A stretch of DNA of 32,000 bases, from positions 3,210,001 to 3,242,000 of the forward strand of contig CP104013.1 in NCBI GenBank assembly GCA_025839675.1. The letters are read 5' to 3'. A program made the translations under genes and the position numbers. The notes below the pieces were generated by a model. That model saw only the letters and a program-made list of their open reading frames with translations, was not told the DNA's origin and did not search any database. Shown here one piece after another: positions 1 through 10,100 of this stretch (the first letter of the stretch is position 1; each line of letters starts with the position of its first letter). This DNA is from Candidatus Lokiarchaeum ossiferum (GTDB taxonomy: Archaea; Asgardarchaeota; Lokiarchaeia; Sigyniarchaeales; Promethearchaeaceae).

Positions 1-1
1 T

Positions 2-637
2 TTAATCAATAGTTCTCCTGAAATTGCAATATTTGAAGCTTTTAAAAGCATAGGTCCGAAATCTCAAGAAATTTTAAAATTATCTAATTTTAATTTCTCT
101 CTTGAATTTTTATCTCTTGAACATTTTTTAAATAAAATGTCTCAAACCTTGCAGAACAGTGAAATAAGTCAATTTTTAAATTTCTTGTTAAAACTTTTTA
201 AAAATGATTCTTCACAAGGATATAATTTTTTAATTGATACTTTAATTCAAATTAATTCTCATAAAGTTCAAGTAAACAAGCAAGAAGTTGCTTTCAAAAA
301 TGCCTATTCTAAGTCAAATTTATTCAAAATGCTTCTTGCTTTAATACTTGGCATATTAACTCCATTTATCATCAAATTTCAAGCAACGATAGTTGAATTT
401 CAAAAAGTAGTAAACAGCTCACAAGATTTCTATTTTGAATACTCGACTTTAGCAATCAATCAATCGATATCTCTTGTATTAAGAGTAATTTCATTACTAT
501 TTCTTATTATAAATATTACTTCTTTTAATCGTTTTTATATTAAACGATCTTTCAAAAAAATAGATTTTCTCGTAATTATTTTATACATTATTTTTAATCT
601 AATTTCGAATATTTTGCTCCAAAATACAATCCTTTGA
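2..637 (+). CDS. hypothetical polytopic membrane protein, probably 5'-truncated by the window edge
   Basis: The ORF track gives 137..637. The same frame stays open from nt 2 to 136 (45 sense codons without a stop, in AT-rich DNA where stops are frequent), so the true start is probably upstream of the window. The C-terminal half has several hydrophobic segments (LFKMLLALILGILTPFII, ISLVLRVISLLFLIINI, FLVIILYIIFNLISNILL). No family recognised. Confidence 0.5.
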   Translation, partial: LINSSPEIAIFEAFKSIGPKSQEILKLSNFNFSLEFLSLEHFLNKMSQTLQNSEISQFLNFLLKLFKNDSSQGYNFLIDTLIQINSHKVQVNKQEVAFKNAYSKSNLFKMLLALILGILTPFIIKFQATIVEFQKVVNSSQDFYFEYSTLAINQSISLVLRVISLLFLIINITSFNRFYIKRSFKKIDFLVIILYIIFNLISNILLQNTIL

Positions 638-807
638 AAACATTGTCTTTGGAAAAAGATTTTTTGATAGAAAAAATGAAATAAAGTCCACCTTCAGACA
701 TCCAATATGATTGAATAGTAGTAAATTACTCATTTATCTGAATAACAATTATGGGTAGGATGCTATACTTGCACAGAATTACACACGTGAGAATTTAATG
801 AACAAAT

Positions 808-834
808 TAAAATAAAAATAAAATAAAAAAAGAA
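808..834 (-). terminator. oligo-T tract directly downstream of rpl23, a candidate archaeal intrinsic terminator
   Basis: The minus strand reads TTTCTTTTTTTATTTTATTTTTATTTTAAT immediately after the rpl23 stop (837..839). Archaeal RNA polymerase terminates at oligo-T runs. The next gene is on the opposite strand. Confidence 0.45.
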
Positions 835-836
835 AT

Positions 837-1103
837 TTAGAAGATACCTAACTTAATTGCAAGATCTGCTGCCGAATTATTCGGATGAAGTTTTACAAAG
901 GCTTTTTTATTTCCATTTGAATGAATTAAAGTGTTAATTTTTACAACTTTAACATCATATAATTTTTCAATAGCCTCTTTAATTTGGAATTTATTCGCTT
1001 TTCGTTCAACTATAAACACCAATTTATTATGATCTTCAATTAAATCGAATGTATTTTCTGTGACTAAAGGTTTCAAAATTATAGAATAATAATTCACTGA
1101 CAT
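837..1103 (-). CDS. rpl23: 50S ribosomal protein uL23 (L23P)
   Basis: 88 aa with a uL23-like pattern (ILKPLVTEN..., KFQIKEAIEKLYDVKVVKINTLI). A GAGGTGA Shine-Dalgarno motif lies about 7 nt upstream, inside the end of rpl4. It occupies the third position of the conserved L3-L4-L23 order. Confidence 0.92.
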   Translation of the reverse strand: MSVNYYSIILKPLVTENTFDLIEDHNKLVFIVERKANKFQIKEAIEKLYDVKVVKINTLIHSNGNKKAFVKLHPNNSAADLAIKLGIF

Positions 1104-1107
1104 TTTA

Positions 1108-1905
1108 TTAGTTCACCTCATATTTATTCAAAGATTTGAATGCTGATTGAGTCCAAATGACTAAACGTCCAGAATGGGTTCCTGGAGCTAACAGATTGCA
1201 ATTCAAATTATCAATTTTGACAACTTCAACTCCAGGAATATTCCGTGCAGCTTTATAGATACCAAAATTTTCCTTGATTACAACCAAAGGACCACGTCTT
1301 CGTTTATACTTCCGACCACGTCGTTTTCCTTTTCCTGCTCGAATTGTAACACTATTCTTCACTCTTGCCATTTCATCAATTAATCCGATTTTTTCAAAAA
1401 CATCAATAACTTGAGATGTTTTTTTAAGAGTTTGAAGTTTATCATCAATAACTATCGGTAAAGAAGATATTTTTTCAATAGCATGTCCTCGTTTCTGAAC
1501 AAGATTCCGTTTCTCGGTGGCAGAAATAGCAGATAATAATGCTAATTGCTTTTCTTTACGATTAATTCGTTTAATTGTTACTTTTTCTGCTCGAGGTGGA
1601 TGAGCTACACGCCCACCGACAACACCAGGTGCAAAAGCAGCACTCCGCGCACCAGGATACCCAGAACCACGTAATCGAGGAACTCTTGCAGATGCAAAAC
1701 CAGTCCCCCAACTTAATGCAGTATTTCGCTTTCCAGCTAATGGATTTCGCCCTTGTGGTTGCTTTTGAGCAGCTTCTGTTGAAATAACTGCTCTTTCGAT
1801 AAGATCTAAACGAGGTGTAATGGAAAATACATCTGGAAGATCAATCGATTCTTTTTCCTTTCCATCTAATCCAAGGATATTAATTTTTTCTTTTTGATTT
1901 GCCAT
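1108..1905 (-). CDS. rpl4: 50S ribosomal protein uL4 (L4P/L1e type)
   Basis: 265 aa. It has the conserved Gly/Arg-rich core (QPQGRNPLAGKRNTALSWGTGFASARVPRLRGSG...GGRVAHPP) and a basic loop (RAGKGKRRGRKYKRRRGPLVV). An AGGTG motif lies upstream, overlapping the rpl3 stop. The gene sits between rpl3 and rpl23. Confidence 0.92.
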   Translation of the reverse strand: MANQKEKINILGLDGKEKESIDLPDVFSITPRLDLIERAVISTEAAQKQPQGRNPLAGKRNTALSWGTGFASARVPRLRGSGYPGARSAAFAPGVVGGRVAHPPRAEKVTIKRINRKEKQLALLSAISATEKRNLVQKRGHAIEKISSLPIVIDDKLQTLKKTSQVIDVFEKIGLIDEMARVKNSVTIRAGKGKRRGRKYKRRRGPLVVIKENFGIYKAARNIPGVEVVKIDNLNCNLLAPGTHSGRLVIWTQSAFKSLNKYEVN

Positions 1906-1914
1906 ATTTTACAC

Positions 1915-2931
1915 CTACTTTCCTTGTTGACTGAGTTTACTAATATAAGTTATCTCAGGTACAGATACTGCATGATGTGCTTTGGGTCTCATAGTTTCTC
2001 TTAATCGAATTAATCTTTTCTTTGAACCGGGTACAGAACCGAGTAAAAGTAAATAATCACTTTTAATTAACCCATATCTGATAATTCCACCTTTAGGATT
2101 TACTTCATCTCCATCTTCAGATATTTTAACTACACGCTTATGATATTCCACCCGCTGGTGATAACCCATCTGTCCTGAACGCGCAATGGTGTATAAAAGC
2201 TTTGGAGGCTTCCATGGTCCAATACATCCGACTCTACGTTTGCCTTTTCGATTCTTTCTTGACATTAATTTAATTCCAAATTTCTTAACAGCACCTTGAA
2301 AACCTTTTCCTTTGGAAACGGAAATGGAATCAATTAAAGAGCCTTCTTCGATACAATCTCGAACTCGAAGTTCTTGTCCAAGTAAATCTCTCACATATTC
2401 AAATTGTTCTTTAGATTTACCACCAGAAACTTTAATTTCAATTATATCCGGTTTAATTCTTGGAACTGAAGTATTGTATGGCTGTGTATGGAATAAGCCC
2501 CGAATTTCAACACCATCAACTATTTTTCCTTCCAATTCTTTTAACTTCTCTTCGAAATTATAGGTCTCAGGATTTGGTAATTGAATTTTTCGACCCAATT
2601 CTGGTTTCAACGTTGGTGATAATATTTCCCCAACAGGATTCATACCATATTCATCTCGGAGATATACTTTCATTCCAAATAATACTAATGCGGGTGCTTC
2701 AACAATAGTTACTGCTTTCACAAGTTCTTTTCCAAAGAATGGACTAGTCTCTTGATCTTCAATATAGGCAATGTGTGTCATGCCTGCTTTAAATCCTGCA
2801 AATCCCAAAAATTTTGGTTTTCCTTCGTAATCTAACCAATTTCTAACACGGCCTTTACCATATCTTGCTCTTTTTCGAGGAAGATAGGCCAGCGAGCCAT
2901 GCCGGGGTGCAGATTGTCTTCGATGTCCCAT
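1915..2931 (-). CDS. rpl3: 50S ribosomal protein uL3 (L3P)
   Basis: Archaeal uL3 N-terminus MGHRRQSAPRHGSLAYLPRKRA, plus GFKAGMTH and GKGFQGAVK motifs. I prefer the ATG at 2929..2931 over the track start at 2970, because the 13 extra N-terminal residues (MMQFLLTNQYVIN) are not uL3-like. Confidence 0.92.
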   Translation of the reverse strand: MGHRRQSAPRHGSLAYLPRKRARYGKGRVRNWLDYEGKPKFLGFAGFKAGMTHIAYIEDQETSPFFGKELVKAVTIVEAPALVLFGMKVYLRDEYGMNPVGEILSPTLKPELGRKIQLPNPETYNFEEKLKELEGKIVDGVEIRGLFHTQPYNTSVPRIKPDIIEIKVSGGKSKEQFEYVRDLLGQELRVRDCIEEGSLIDSISVSKGKGFQGAVKKFGIKLMSRKNRKGKRRVGCIGPWKPPKLLYTIARSGQMGYHQRVEYHKRVVKISEDGDEVNPKGGIIRYGLIKSDYLLLLGSVPGSKKRLIRLRETMRPKAHHAVSVPEITYISKLSQQGK

Positions 2932-3132
2932 GTTTATCACATATTGATTTGTGAGCAAAAATTGCATCACGACTTCTCATGAGATCTTGGGAAACTTTTT
3001 TTTCATTTCACCTTGAATGAGAAGTTATTTTAAATAATATGTGATTATTGTTAAATTTTTCGATTTATGTCGATATTAACATGGGATATTTTATGAGAAA
3101 TCATTAGAATTCATCTGAATGTGAATTTAAAT

Positions 3133-3140
3133 AAAAAAAA
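3133..3140 (-). terminator. T8 run about 60 nt downstream of the ABCE1 stop, a possible terminator
   Basis: The minus strand reads CCTATTTTTTTTATTTAAATT downstream of the stop at 3202..3204. Only oligo-T logic supports this; there are no transcript data. Confidence 0.3.
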
Positions 3141-3201
3141 TAGGTCAGTTTAAAGAAAAACATTAAATTTTTGAGGAAAACTTGAAAATACTTGATTTAC
3201 T

Positions 3202-5013
3202 TCAATCTTCATCTTTTGTTGGGATATAGTAATATTCTCCAATTTTTCTTTGATATTTATCCAAGTTCGAATTTATTTTATTAACTCTGGGTCTACCAGT
3301 AGATAAATCTCTTCTAAAGGTAATATTCATCATTTTCAAAAACTCATTCATTCCAGATCTCAAATCTTGAGGAACGCTGGAAAAACCCATTACACCAGGA
3401 GTACCTTTAAATACGATTAATGAATCAGATATGAAATCTTGCGTTATAATATCATGTTCAACAATAAAAGCAGCTTTTTTTATGCTTTCAATGGATCTTC
3501 GTATAATTAATGCCATGGAAAGCCGCATTTCAACGTCAAGAAACGCAGATGGTTCATCGATTAGATATACATCAGCTTCATTAGTTAAACAATCAGCAAT
3601 TGCAATTCTTTGAAGTTCTCCGCCACTTAACTCTTTAATGGTCCTATTCTCAATATCTTCCAACTTAAATCCTTGAATAATACGCTTTTTATATTGTGAA
3701 TCGAAATGAGGAGAACCTTTAATCTTTTGGAGAATTCCATAAACAGTTATTTCCGGTTCATAATCAATATATTGAGTTTTTACAGACAATTTCAAATCTT
3801 TTTGATCGATAACACCTTTATCGGGATTAATTTTACCAGAAATCAGATTAATGAAGGTAGTTTTTCCACTACCATTTGGACCTAAGATCCCAATAACTTC
3901 TCCAGCGTGAATTTCTCCTCCTGGTATTTTCAAATGGAAATCTCCTAGAGTGGTTTCCATATCTCCATACTCAAACAAAATTTTTGAATTTTCATATAGG
4001 GATGAAGCGGGAGGTCTTTCATGAAATTGAATTGCTTCTTCACGAAATCGCATATTTTCGTCTTTGATATAACCATTTAAATATATATTAATACCCACTC
4101 TAACACCTTGTACATTTGAAATGATTCCATACGCTCCAGGAACCCCATAGAGCAAGCAAATTTGATCACTTAAAAAATCTAATATTGCCAAATCGTGTTC
4201 GATCACGATAACTCTTTTTTCAGTATCGGATAACTCCCGAATTAGCTTGGCCATCTTTAACCTTTGACTGACGTCTAAATACGAAGAAGGTTCATCAAAT
4301 AGGTAACATTCACCTTCTCGAAGCAATGCAGCAGCAATCGAGACGCGTTGTAATTCACCTCCACTCAAAACAGACAAATCTCGATGTAAAATTTTATCCA
4401 ATGATAGTTCTGATACAATATAGTCCATTTTTTCGGTGGTGTCAATTTTTTTTAGAAGAGATTCTACGGTTCCCTTTACAAATTTTGGAATAGCGGTGAT
4501 TTCTTGTGGTTTATGAATTAATTTCAACTTCTTTTCTTTCAAACCTTCCAAATATCCTTGCAATATGGATCCTTTAAAGTGATCTATAATTTCAGGCCAA
4601 TCAGGGCTATCTTCATTAAATAATCCCAAATTCATTTTAAGATGTCCCGATAGAATATTCATTGCTGTTGATTTGCCAATTCCATTTTGTCCAATTACAC
4701 CTAAAACTCTCCCTTTACTTGGTAACAACATTCTAAATAGGGTAAAACCATCTAAAGCATATTTATGTGTTATTTGGGAATCTAGTTTTTCAGGTACGTT
4801 CACAATTTTGTAGCAATTAAATGGACATTTCTTAACACAAATCCCGCAACCTGAACATAGCGATGGTGTTAAATATGGGAATCCATTTTTACCCAGTGTT
4901 ATTGTTTCCAATCCGGTTCTTACTCCCGGACAATATTTGATGCATGGTTTATTTGAAGATACAGAACAATCCGTTGGCTTGCATGTATCTCTATCAAGGA
5001 CAGCTATCCGCAT
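3202..5013 (-). CDS. abce1: ABCE1 / RNase L inhibitor homolog (ribosome-recycling ATPase with N-terminal 4Fe-4S domain)
   Basis: N-terminal Cys clusters (CKPTDC...CIKYCP and CSGCGICVKKCP). Two ABC nucleotide-binding domains with Walker A GQNGIGKST and GPNGSGKTT and two LSGGELQR signatures. The ATG at 5011..5013 (MRIAVLDRD...) is preferred over the TTG at 5025 used by the track. Confidence 0.93.
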   Translation of the reverse strand: MRIAVLDRDTCKPTDCSVSSNKPCIKYCPGVRTGLETITLGKNGFPYLTPSLCSGCGICVKKCPFNCYKIVNVPEKLDSQITHKYALDGFTLFRMLLPSKGRVLGVIGQNGIGKSTAMNILSGHLKMNLGLFNEDSPDWPEIIDHFKGSILQGYLEGLKEKKLKLIHKPQEITAIPKFVKGTVESLLKKIDTTEKMDYIVSELSLDKILHRDLSVLSGGELQRVSIAAALLREGECYLFDEPSSYLDVSQRLKMAKLIRELSDTEKRVIVIEHDLAILDFLSDQICLLYGVPGAYGIISNVQGVRVGINIYLNGYIKDENMRFREEAIQFHERPPASSLYENSKILFEYGDMETTLGDFHLKIPGGEIHAGEVIGILGPNGSGKTTFINLISGKINPDKGVIDQKDLKLSVKTQYIDYEPEITVYGILQKIKGSPHFDSQYKKRIIQGFKLEDIENRTIKELSGGELQRIAIADCLTNEADVYLIDEPSAFLDVEMRLSMALIIRRSIESIKKAAFIVEHDIITQDFISDSLIVFKGTPGVMGFSSVPQDLRSGMNEFLKMMNITFRRDLSTGRPRVNKINSNLDKYQRKIGEYYYIPTKDED

Positions 5014-5127
5014 TTTTTTTCCCAATTTAAATAAAAATTTATAATTCTTATCTTTTCCGATTCATAAAGTCCTTCATATTAACAAAAAATTCAAAATTTA
5101 TTCATTCCTACTTACATTTGAACATAT

Positions 5128-6861
5128 ATGGAAAATGATAATGATCAAAAATCTCAAGATGAATTTCCAATTCATTGGTTAGAAGGATTAATTCAAAAAA
5201 TTAATGGACGAAATCTTTCTGAGATTGCTTTATCTACGGGAAAAACACCAAGTGGACATATTCACTTAGGTATCATGAGAGAATTGTTGATATGTGACGC
5301 GATTAAGAGAATTTTTGAAGAAAAGGGAAAAATTGTCCATTTCAGATTATTTATAGACAGTTTAGATGCAGCTAAAAGATTTCCTGGATACATCAAAGAG
5401 GATTATGCAAAAAAAAATATAGGAAAACCATTTGCTTTAATTCCAAATCCAATAAATCAAAATGATAAAAATTATGCACAATATTTTGGTGAAGAGTTAG
5501 AAAGTATCTTTCCTTTATTTGGAATTGGGGCAAAAATCGTCTGGACTCATGAGTTATATAAAACTAAAGAAATGAAAGATATGATTCGGATAGGTTTAAA
5601 AAAAAATGAAGAAGTTAAAAGAATTGTTGCAAAATATCTAACAGCCTCTATGTCCGAAGAACAAAAAGACATTTATTTAGAACAACAGAAAACTTGGATG
5701 GGGGCCATGGTTATATGTGAAAAATGTCAATGTACTCAGAAAAAACAGAAGGATGGGACAATTTCCCCTAATAGAGTTCTTGAATATGATCAAAAATCCG
5801 ATTCTTGCTATTATCAATGTCCTGCGTGTGGTTATAAAGGTTCAGTAGGTATAGAGAGCGGACTAGTAAAATTAAATTGGAGACTGGATTGGCCAGCAAA
5901 ATGGACAATATTCAAAACAACTTGTGAACCGGCAGGAAAAGATCATTGCACTCCAGGTGGATCCTACGATACGGGATTAGATTTATGTAAAAACATCTAT
6001 GGATATGAGGGCCCAATAAAATTATCCTATGAATGGTTGCGACTCGGAGATCGGGACATGAAAACATCAAAGGGAATCGTTTTCACCCCCGCAAAATTTT
6101 TAGAAATGGTTGATCCAAAAATATTAAGGATGTTGATTTTCCAAACTAATCCAAATAAACATATTTCTATTAGAATAGAAGAACTTGAGCAATATTATAA
6201 TGAATATCAAAGAATTGAAAGAATTTTCTTTGGAAAAGAAGAATCAACTGAAACTGAAAAAAAAGAAGTAGAATTCATCTATCCGTTAATTCAAGTTGAT
6301 AAAGTTCCCAAAGAATTTCCCGCCCAAATTCCTCTAAAACTTGTGACAGTTTTAGCTCAATTGAAATCAGTTTTAAAAGAGGAGATTATATTTTCAAAAG
6401 CAAAAGAATATCTCATTTCAAATGGAAATACTTCAAATCTTTCAATTGAAGAATTTCGGATCATTATAAAGCGAGCTTTAAACTGGATTGATGAAATGCA
6501 AAGAATCATTAATACAGAAAAAGATCCAGGAAAAGTTAAAAAATTAAAACAAAAAACAGAAATCTTCACATTTGTGCCCGAGATAACACAAAATATTCGA
6601 AAAAATCTTGATCAATCTCAAGTTGATGCTTTAAAAAGCTTTTTAGATCATACTAAAGAAATGGCAGCATTCACAGAGGAAAATGTCAAAAATGTAATGA
6701 TGAGCATAAGAGAAAAATTAAATATTAAACCGATGAAGATATTTCAAGCATTTTATCGTATATTCTTGGATGCAAAAAAAGGACCTCGTTTAGGACCTTT
6801 AATGACGATGTTAGATAAATCTTGGATTGAAAATCGAATAAAAGAAGCAATTCAAGAATAA
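5128..6861 (+). CDS. lysK: class I lysyl-tRNA synthetase
   Basis: 577 aa. HIGH-type motif in TPSGHIHLGIMRE, KMSKS-type motif in DMKTSKG, and the class I LysRS N-terminal pattern (HW...STGKTPSG). It also contains a Cys-rich insertion (CEKCQC...CPACG), probably a Zn knuckle. Confidence 0.88.
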   Translation: MENDNDQKSQDEFPIHWLEGLIQKINGRNLSEIALSTGKTPSGHIHLGIMRELLICDAIKRIFEEKGKIVHFRLFIDSLDAAKRFPGYIKEDYAKKNIGKPFALIPNPINQNDKNYAQYFGEELESIFPLFGIGAKIVWTHELYKTKEMKDMIRIGLKKNEEVKRIVAKYLTASMSEEQKDIYLEQQKTWMGAMVICEKCQCTQKKQKDGTISPNRVLEYDQKSDSCYYQCPACGYKGSVGIESGLVKLNWRLDWPAKWTIFKTTCEPAGKDHCTPGGSYDTGLDLCKNIYGYEGPIKLSYEWLRLGDRDMKTSKGIVFTPAKFLEMVDPKILRMLIFQTNPNKHISIRIEELEQYYNEYQRIERIFFGKEESTETEKKEVEFIYPLIQVDKVPKEFPAQIPLKLVTVLAQLKSVLKEEIIFSKAKEYLISNGNTSNLSIEEFRIIIKRALNWIDEMQRIINTEKDPGKVKKLKQKTEIFTFVPEITQNIRKNLDQSQVDALKSFLDHTKEMAAFTEENVKNVMMSIREKLNIKPMKIFQAFYRIFLDAKKGPRLGPLMTMLDKSWIENRIKEAIQE

Positions 6862-6862
6862 A

Positions 6863-7114
6863 CTATTTTGAACTTGTAATTGCAATGATAATGAAAACAA
6901 TGATCATGATAGCGTATGAACCGACCATTATTATCGTTCTTTTTCTTTTACTTTTTTTTTGACCCTGAATTTGTCCAGAACATTCCATTGAACAATATTC
7001 ATCAAATTCATTCCCTTCTTCTGGAATCATTTTTTTACATACAGAACAATGCTTATGAGGAAAAACTGATTCTAAGTCCTTGTATTGATTATATTTAGAT
7101 GAAAATTTTGACAT
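6863..7114 (-). CDS. small Zn-ribbon protein with C-terminal transmembrane anchor (resembles the archaeal DUF2116-type Zn-ribbon family)
   Basis: HKHCSVCKKMIPEEGNEFDEYCSMEC (CxxC...CxxxC) is followed by a basic stretch and a hydrophobic helix (IIMVGSYAIMIIVFIIIAITS). It lies 40 nt downstream of, and co-directional with, the S8 protease gene. The family name is from memory only. Confidence 0.55.
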   Translation of the reverse strand: MSKFSSKYNQYKDLESVFPHKHCSVCKKMIPEEGNEFDEYCSMECSGQIQGQKKSKRKRTIIMVGSYAIMIIVFIIIAITSSK

Positions 7115-7154
7115 AAACTCACAATTCTAAAAGATTGATAAAAAAAAAAGGTAG

Positions 7155-10100
7155 CTAAAATTTCATGGTTTGGTTCTTTTTGAAAATGTGACTTTTATAA
7201 TTGATAATTATTATGGACACACCAAGAAGAGCCAAAACAATAATAATTGGCAAAAAGTTGTTTAAGTTTGGAATATCGTAGTAAAGATAAAATAGAAGAA
7301 ATTCACTGGATGATCCTCCATCCGAATCCCGAACGGTTATCCACAATAAGGTAAAATAATTGATCATATCTGTTTGTAATGATTGATCTCTTATATTACC
7401 TGCACGAGAATAATTCAAGCTTTCTGGGAATGAAAAAACACTACGGTGAGAATTATCTTCCGAATTATATTCAAAATTCAATGTTGGAAATTCTTGAGGA
7501 TTTAATAAATTAATAAAACCATTATAAACCAAGATTGGAACTATTGACGCGACCACTGTCAAATCCTCATTCGAATCTTCAAAAGACACTTTTTCTTCAG
7601 TAAATACAGTTAAACTGTAGGGAGTTCCCAACTTTGCTGAAATAGGATAGATTGATCCACCAGATTGTGTTGTAGAAAATTTTACATTGGAAAAAAGAGA
7701 TTTTCCAAAATCTATTTCAGGAATATAATTTTGAACACTGAAAAGAAATCTATCCGGAGAAAAATCAATACATTGAGTAGAAGAATTATCTTGAGTGAAA
7801 CAATAAGCATATCCCTCACCGCCCGTAGTGATTTCGGATGAATTTATTTGAATCTTGTAGAAAAAATCAGAGAGATTATGGATACTTACTCTACCTTTCA
7901 GTTCGGATAGTCTATTTGATGCCAAATATGAATCTGAATAGATTGAAATATATGATTCCAATTGATTGTTTGACGGGCTATTCACATATAAGGCAGGTTT
8001 TGATTCAATAGAGCGATTTATTTCTACATTATCATCTGTAATATTAGAATACCCCTGAATTTGATAAGGATAATAATAGAACTCAAATGAATCTTGGATT
8101 ATTTCGGAATTTTTTGCAATTTTCGTTACAATCCTAAGTGCTTCTTGACTGGTTGCTTCGTTCTCTAAGAAAAGATTCAGATTAAAATGATTATCAATTT
8201 TTTCGATTTGATTTGAAAGAGGACTTTCTGTACCATTTCCATAAATGATTGTGGTGTTAATGCTTTCTCCAGGGATAAATTCATCTTCAAATTTATTAAT
8301 ATAATTATTAAACACGTTGATTGATATATTCAGATAATTTTCTGTTGTATTTTGTCGTTCAAAATCATGAGATATCTCAATTGGATCAAGTGGCATTAAA
8401 TAATCAACCAAATTTAATAATAATTTAGAATGATTTGAGTAATAAGTTGGATCATTATAATATGAATTACCAAAAGTATGGTAATCTCCAAAAGCAACTA
8501 TTTTTCCCTTTCCATTTTCAGTCGAATCATAACATGAAACAACACACTTACCATCTATTGAGGCAAGTGCCTCTGCATTTCCAGATGTTTCAAAAGAATT
8601 TCCGAACAGAAATTTGAAACTATCAATATTTGAAAAGATTGAATGCTGTTGATCTAAGTTCGATACAACGTAAGGTTGAACACTAGCTCCAATTGAATAA
8701 TCTCTAAAATTGAAAATATTTTTTTCTGTTATACTTATCCCCGAGTTAAGAGCAGAAAAAAGAGAGTTGATTGAATCAATACACATTTTATTCGATTTTG
8801 TACCTAAAAATAAAATTGATCCCCCTCTATTAAAGAAGTTTACAATTGTTGTACGTTCAAATTCAGAGTAAGCTAAGATTGGGGTTTGTAAAACGAGCAG
8901 ATCAATATCAGCTAACGAGCGAGGTGATAGAATTTCTGCATCCGAACTTGAAAAATATCCTGAAGTCCAATTTTGCATCTTATAAGAAATACTATAGTTT
9001 TGATGCGATAAATCATACATCATATTATAGAGTTGGATCTGAGAATAGATCGGAGATTCTGAAGGATAAAGGTCATTAAGACCATGAAAACTTTCAAAAT
9101 AGATCTTCTGTTTAGGAATTGCAATAGAGATATTAATTAAAACGCTATCTAATATTCTATTTGAAATTCTATCAGTTATATTTACAGTACCAAGTCTATT
9201 ACCTGCAATGGCAGAATTTTTTATATGTATTTCCAATGGAAAAGATATAATTCCATGATAATCTAGAGAAAATTCATTTTCGGGAGTATTAAATTCAATT
9301 CCGACTAAGTTAGGTAATTCTATGGAAATATGACATTCAGAGCCAGAATAGATGGAAAAATTCATTCCTTGATAATCTCCAGGAAATCGTAATAAATCAA
9401 ATGGAGCATAAGGAATTTGTCTTGGAAAAAGAAGAACTTGATTATTTACACTATCTGCCTGTTTTTTTATATTGCCTAGATAATCCAAAGATTTACTGAC
9501 ATTAATCAACCCAGCACCTTGAGCAGCACCATATCCTTCAGGAGAGGGTCTTTCTATCACTGAAGAGCCCTTGATGAGTGCATTACGAATGGATTCAGGC
9601 GTAGATTCTGGAAAAGCTTCAAGAAGGATTGCAACGGCCCCAGCTACCATAGGACATGCCATGCTTGTACCAGAAAGAGGTATATAACCAAATTGATTTT
9701 TAGAATTAATTAGTGGGTTAGCATAAGTATAATCCAAGGAAAGAATTGAATCTAAAGAATCGGTGGAAATGATATTTACCCCCGGTGCACAAATATCTGG
9801 TCCGATTTGATTTGAAAAGGAAGGACCAACACTACTAAATGAAGCAACATGATTGTTTATATCAGTTGCACCGACAGATATCGAGTATAACCCCGTTCCA
9901 GGAGTTCCTGCAGTATAAAAATTTGGGCCGCTATTTCCCGCGGAAGTAACGACAACAATACCCGATTCAACTGCTTTCTGAATGGCCAATGTTTCAACAT
10001 TCCAAACCTCAGGAATATTCAAGCCAAAACTCATACTAATAATTTGAACTCCTATTTCCATGCACCATTCAATCGCTGCAACTACATCTGATTCTTCTAT

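Noticed and set aside
1575-2708. Plus-strand track ORFs 1575..1787, 2312..2563 and 2460..2708
   Set aside because: They lie entirely antisense to the well-supported rpl4 and rpl3 genes. Their translations have no motifs and look like mirror-frame artefacts of conserved coding sequence.
2972-3025. Perfect 9-bp inverted repeat (ACTTCTCAT ... ATGAGAAGT, 36-nt spacer) just upstream of rpl3, considered as an autoregulatory leader structure
   Set aside because: A single 9-bp A/T-rich inverted repeat with a long loop is plausibly chance in an intergenic region this AT-rich. The nearest TATA-like element may place the transcription start inside it. There is no second copy and no covariation evidence.
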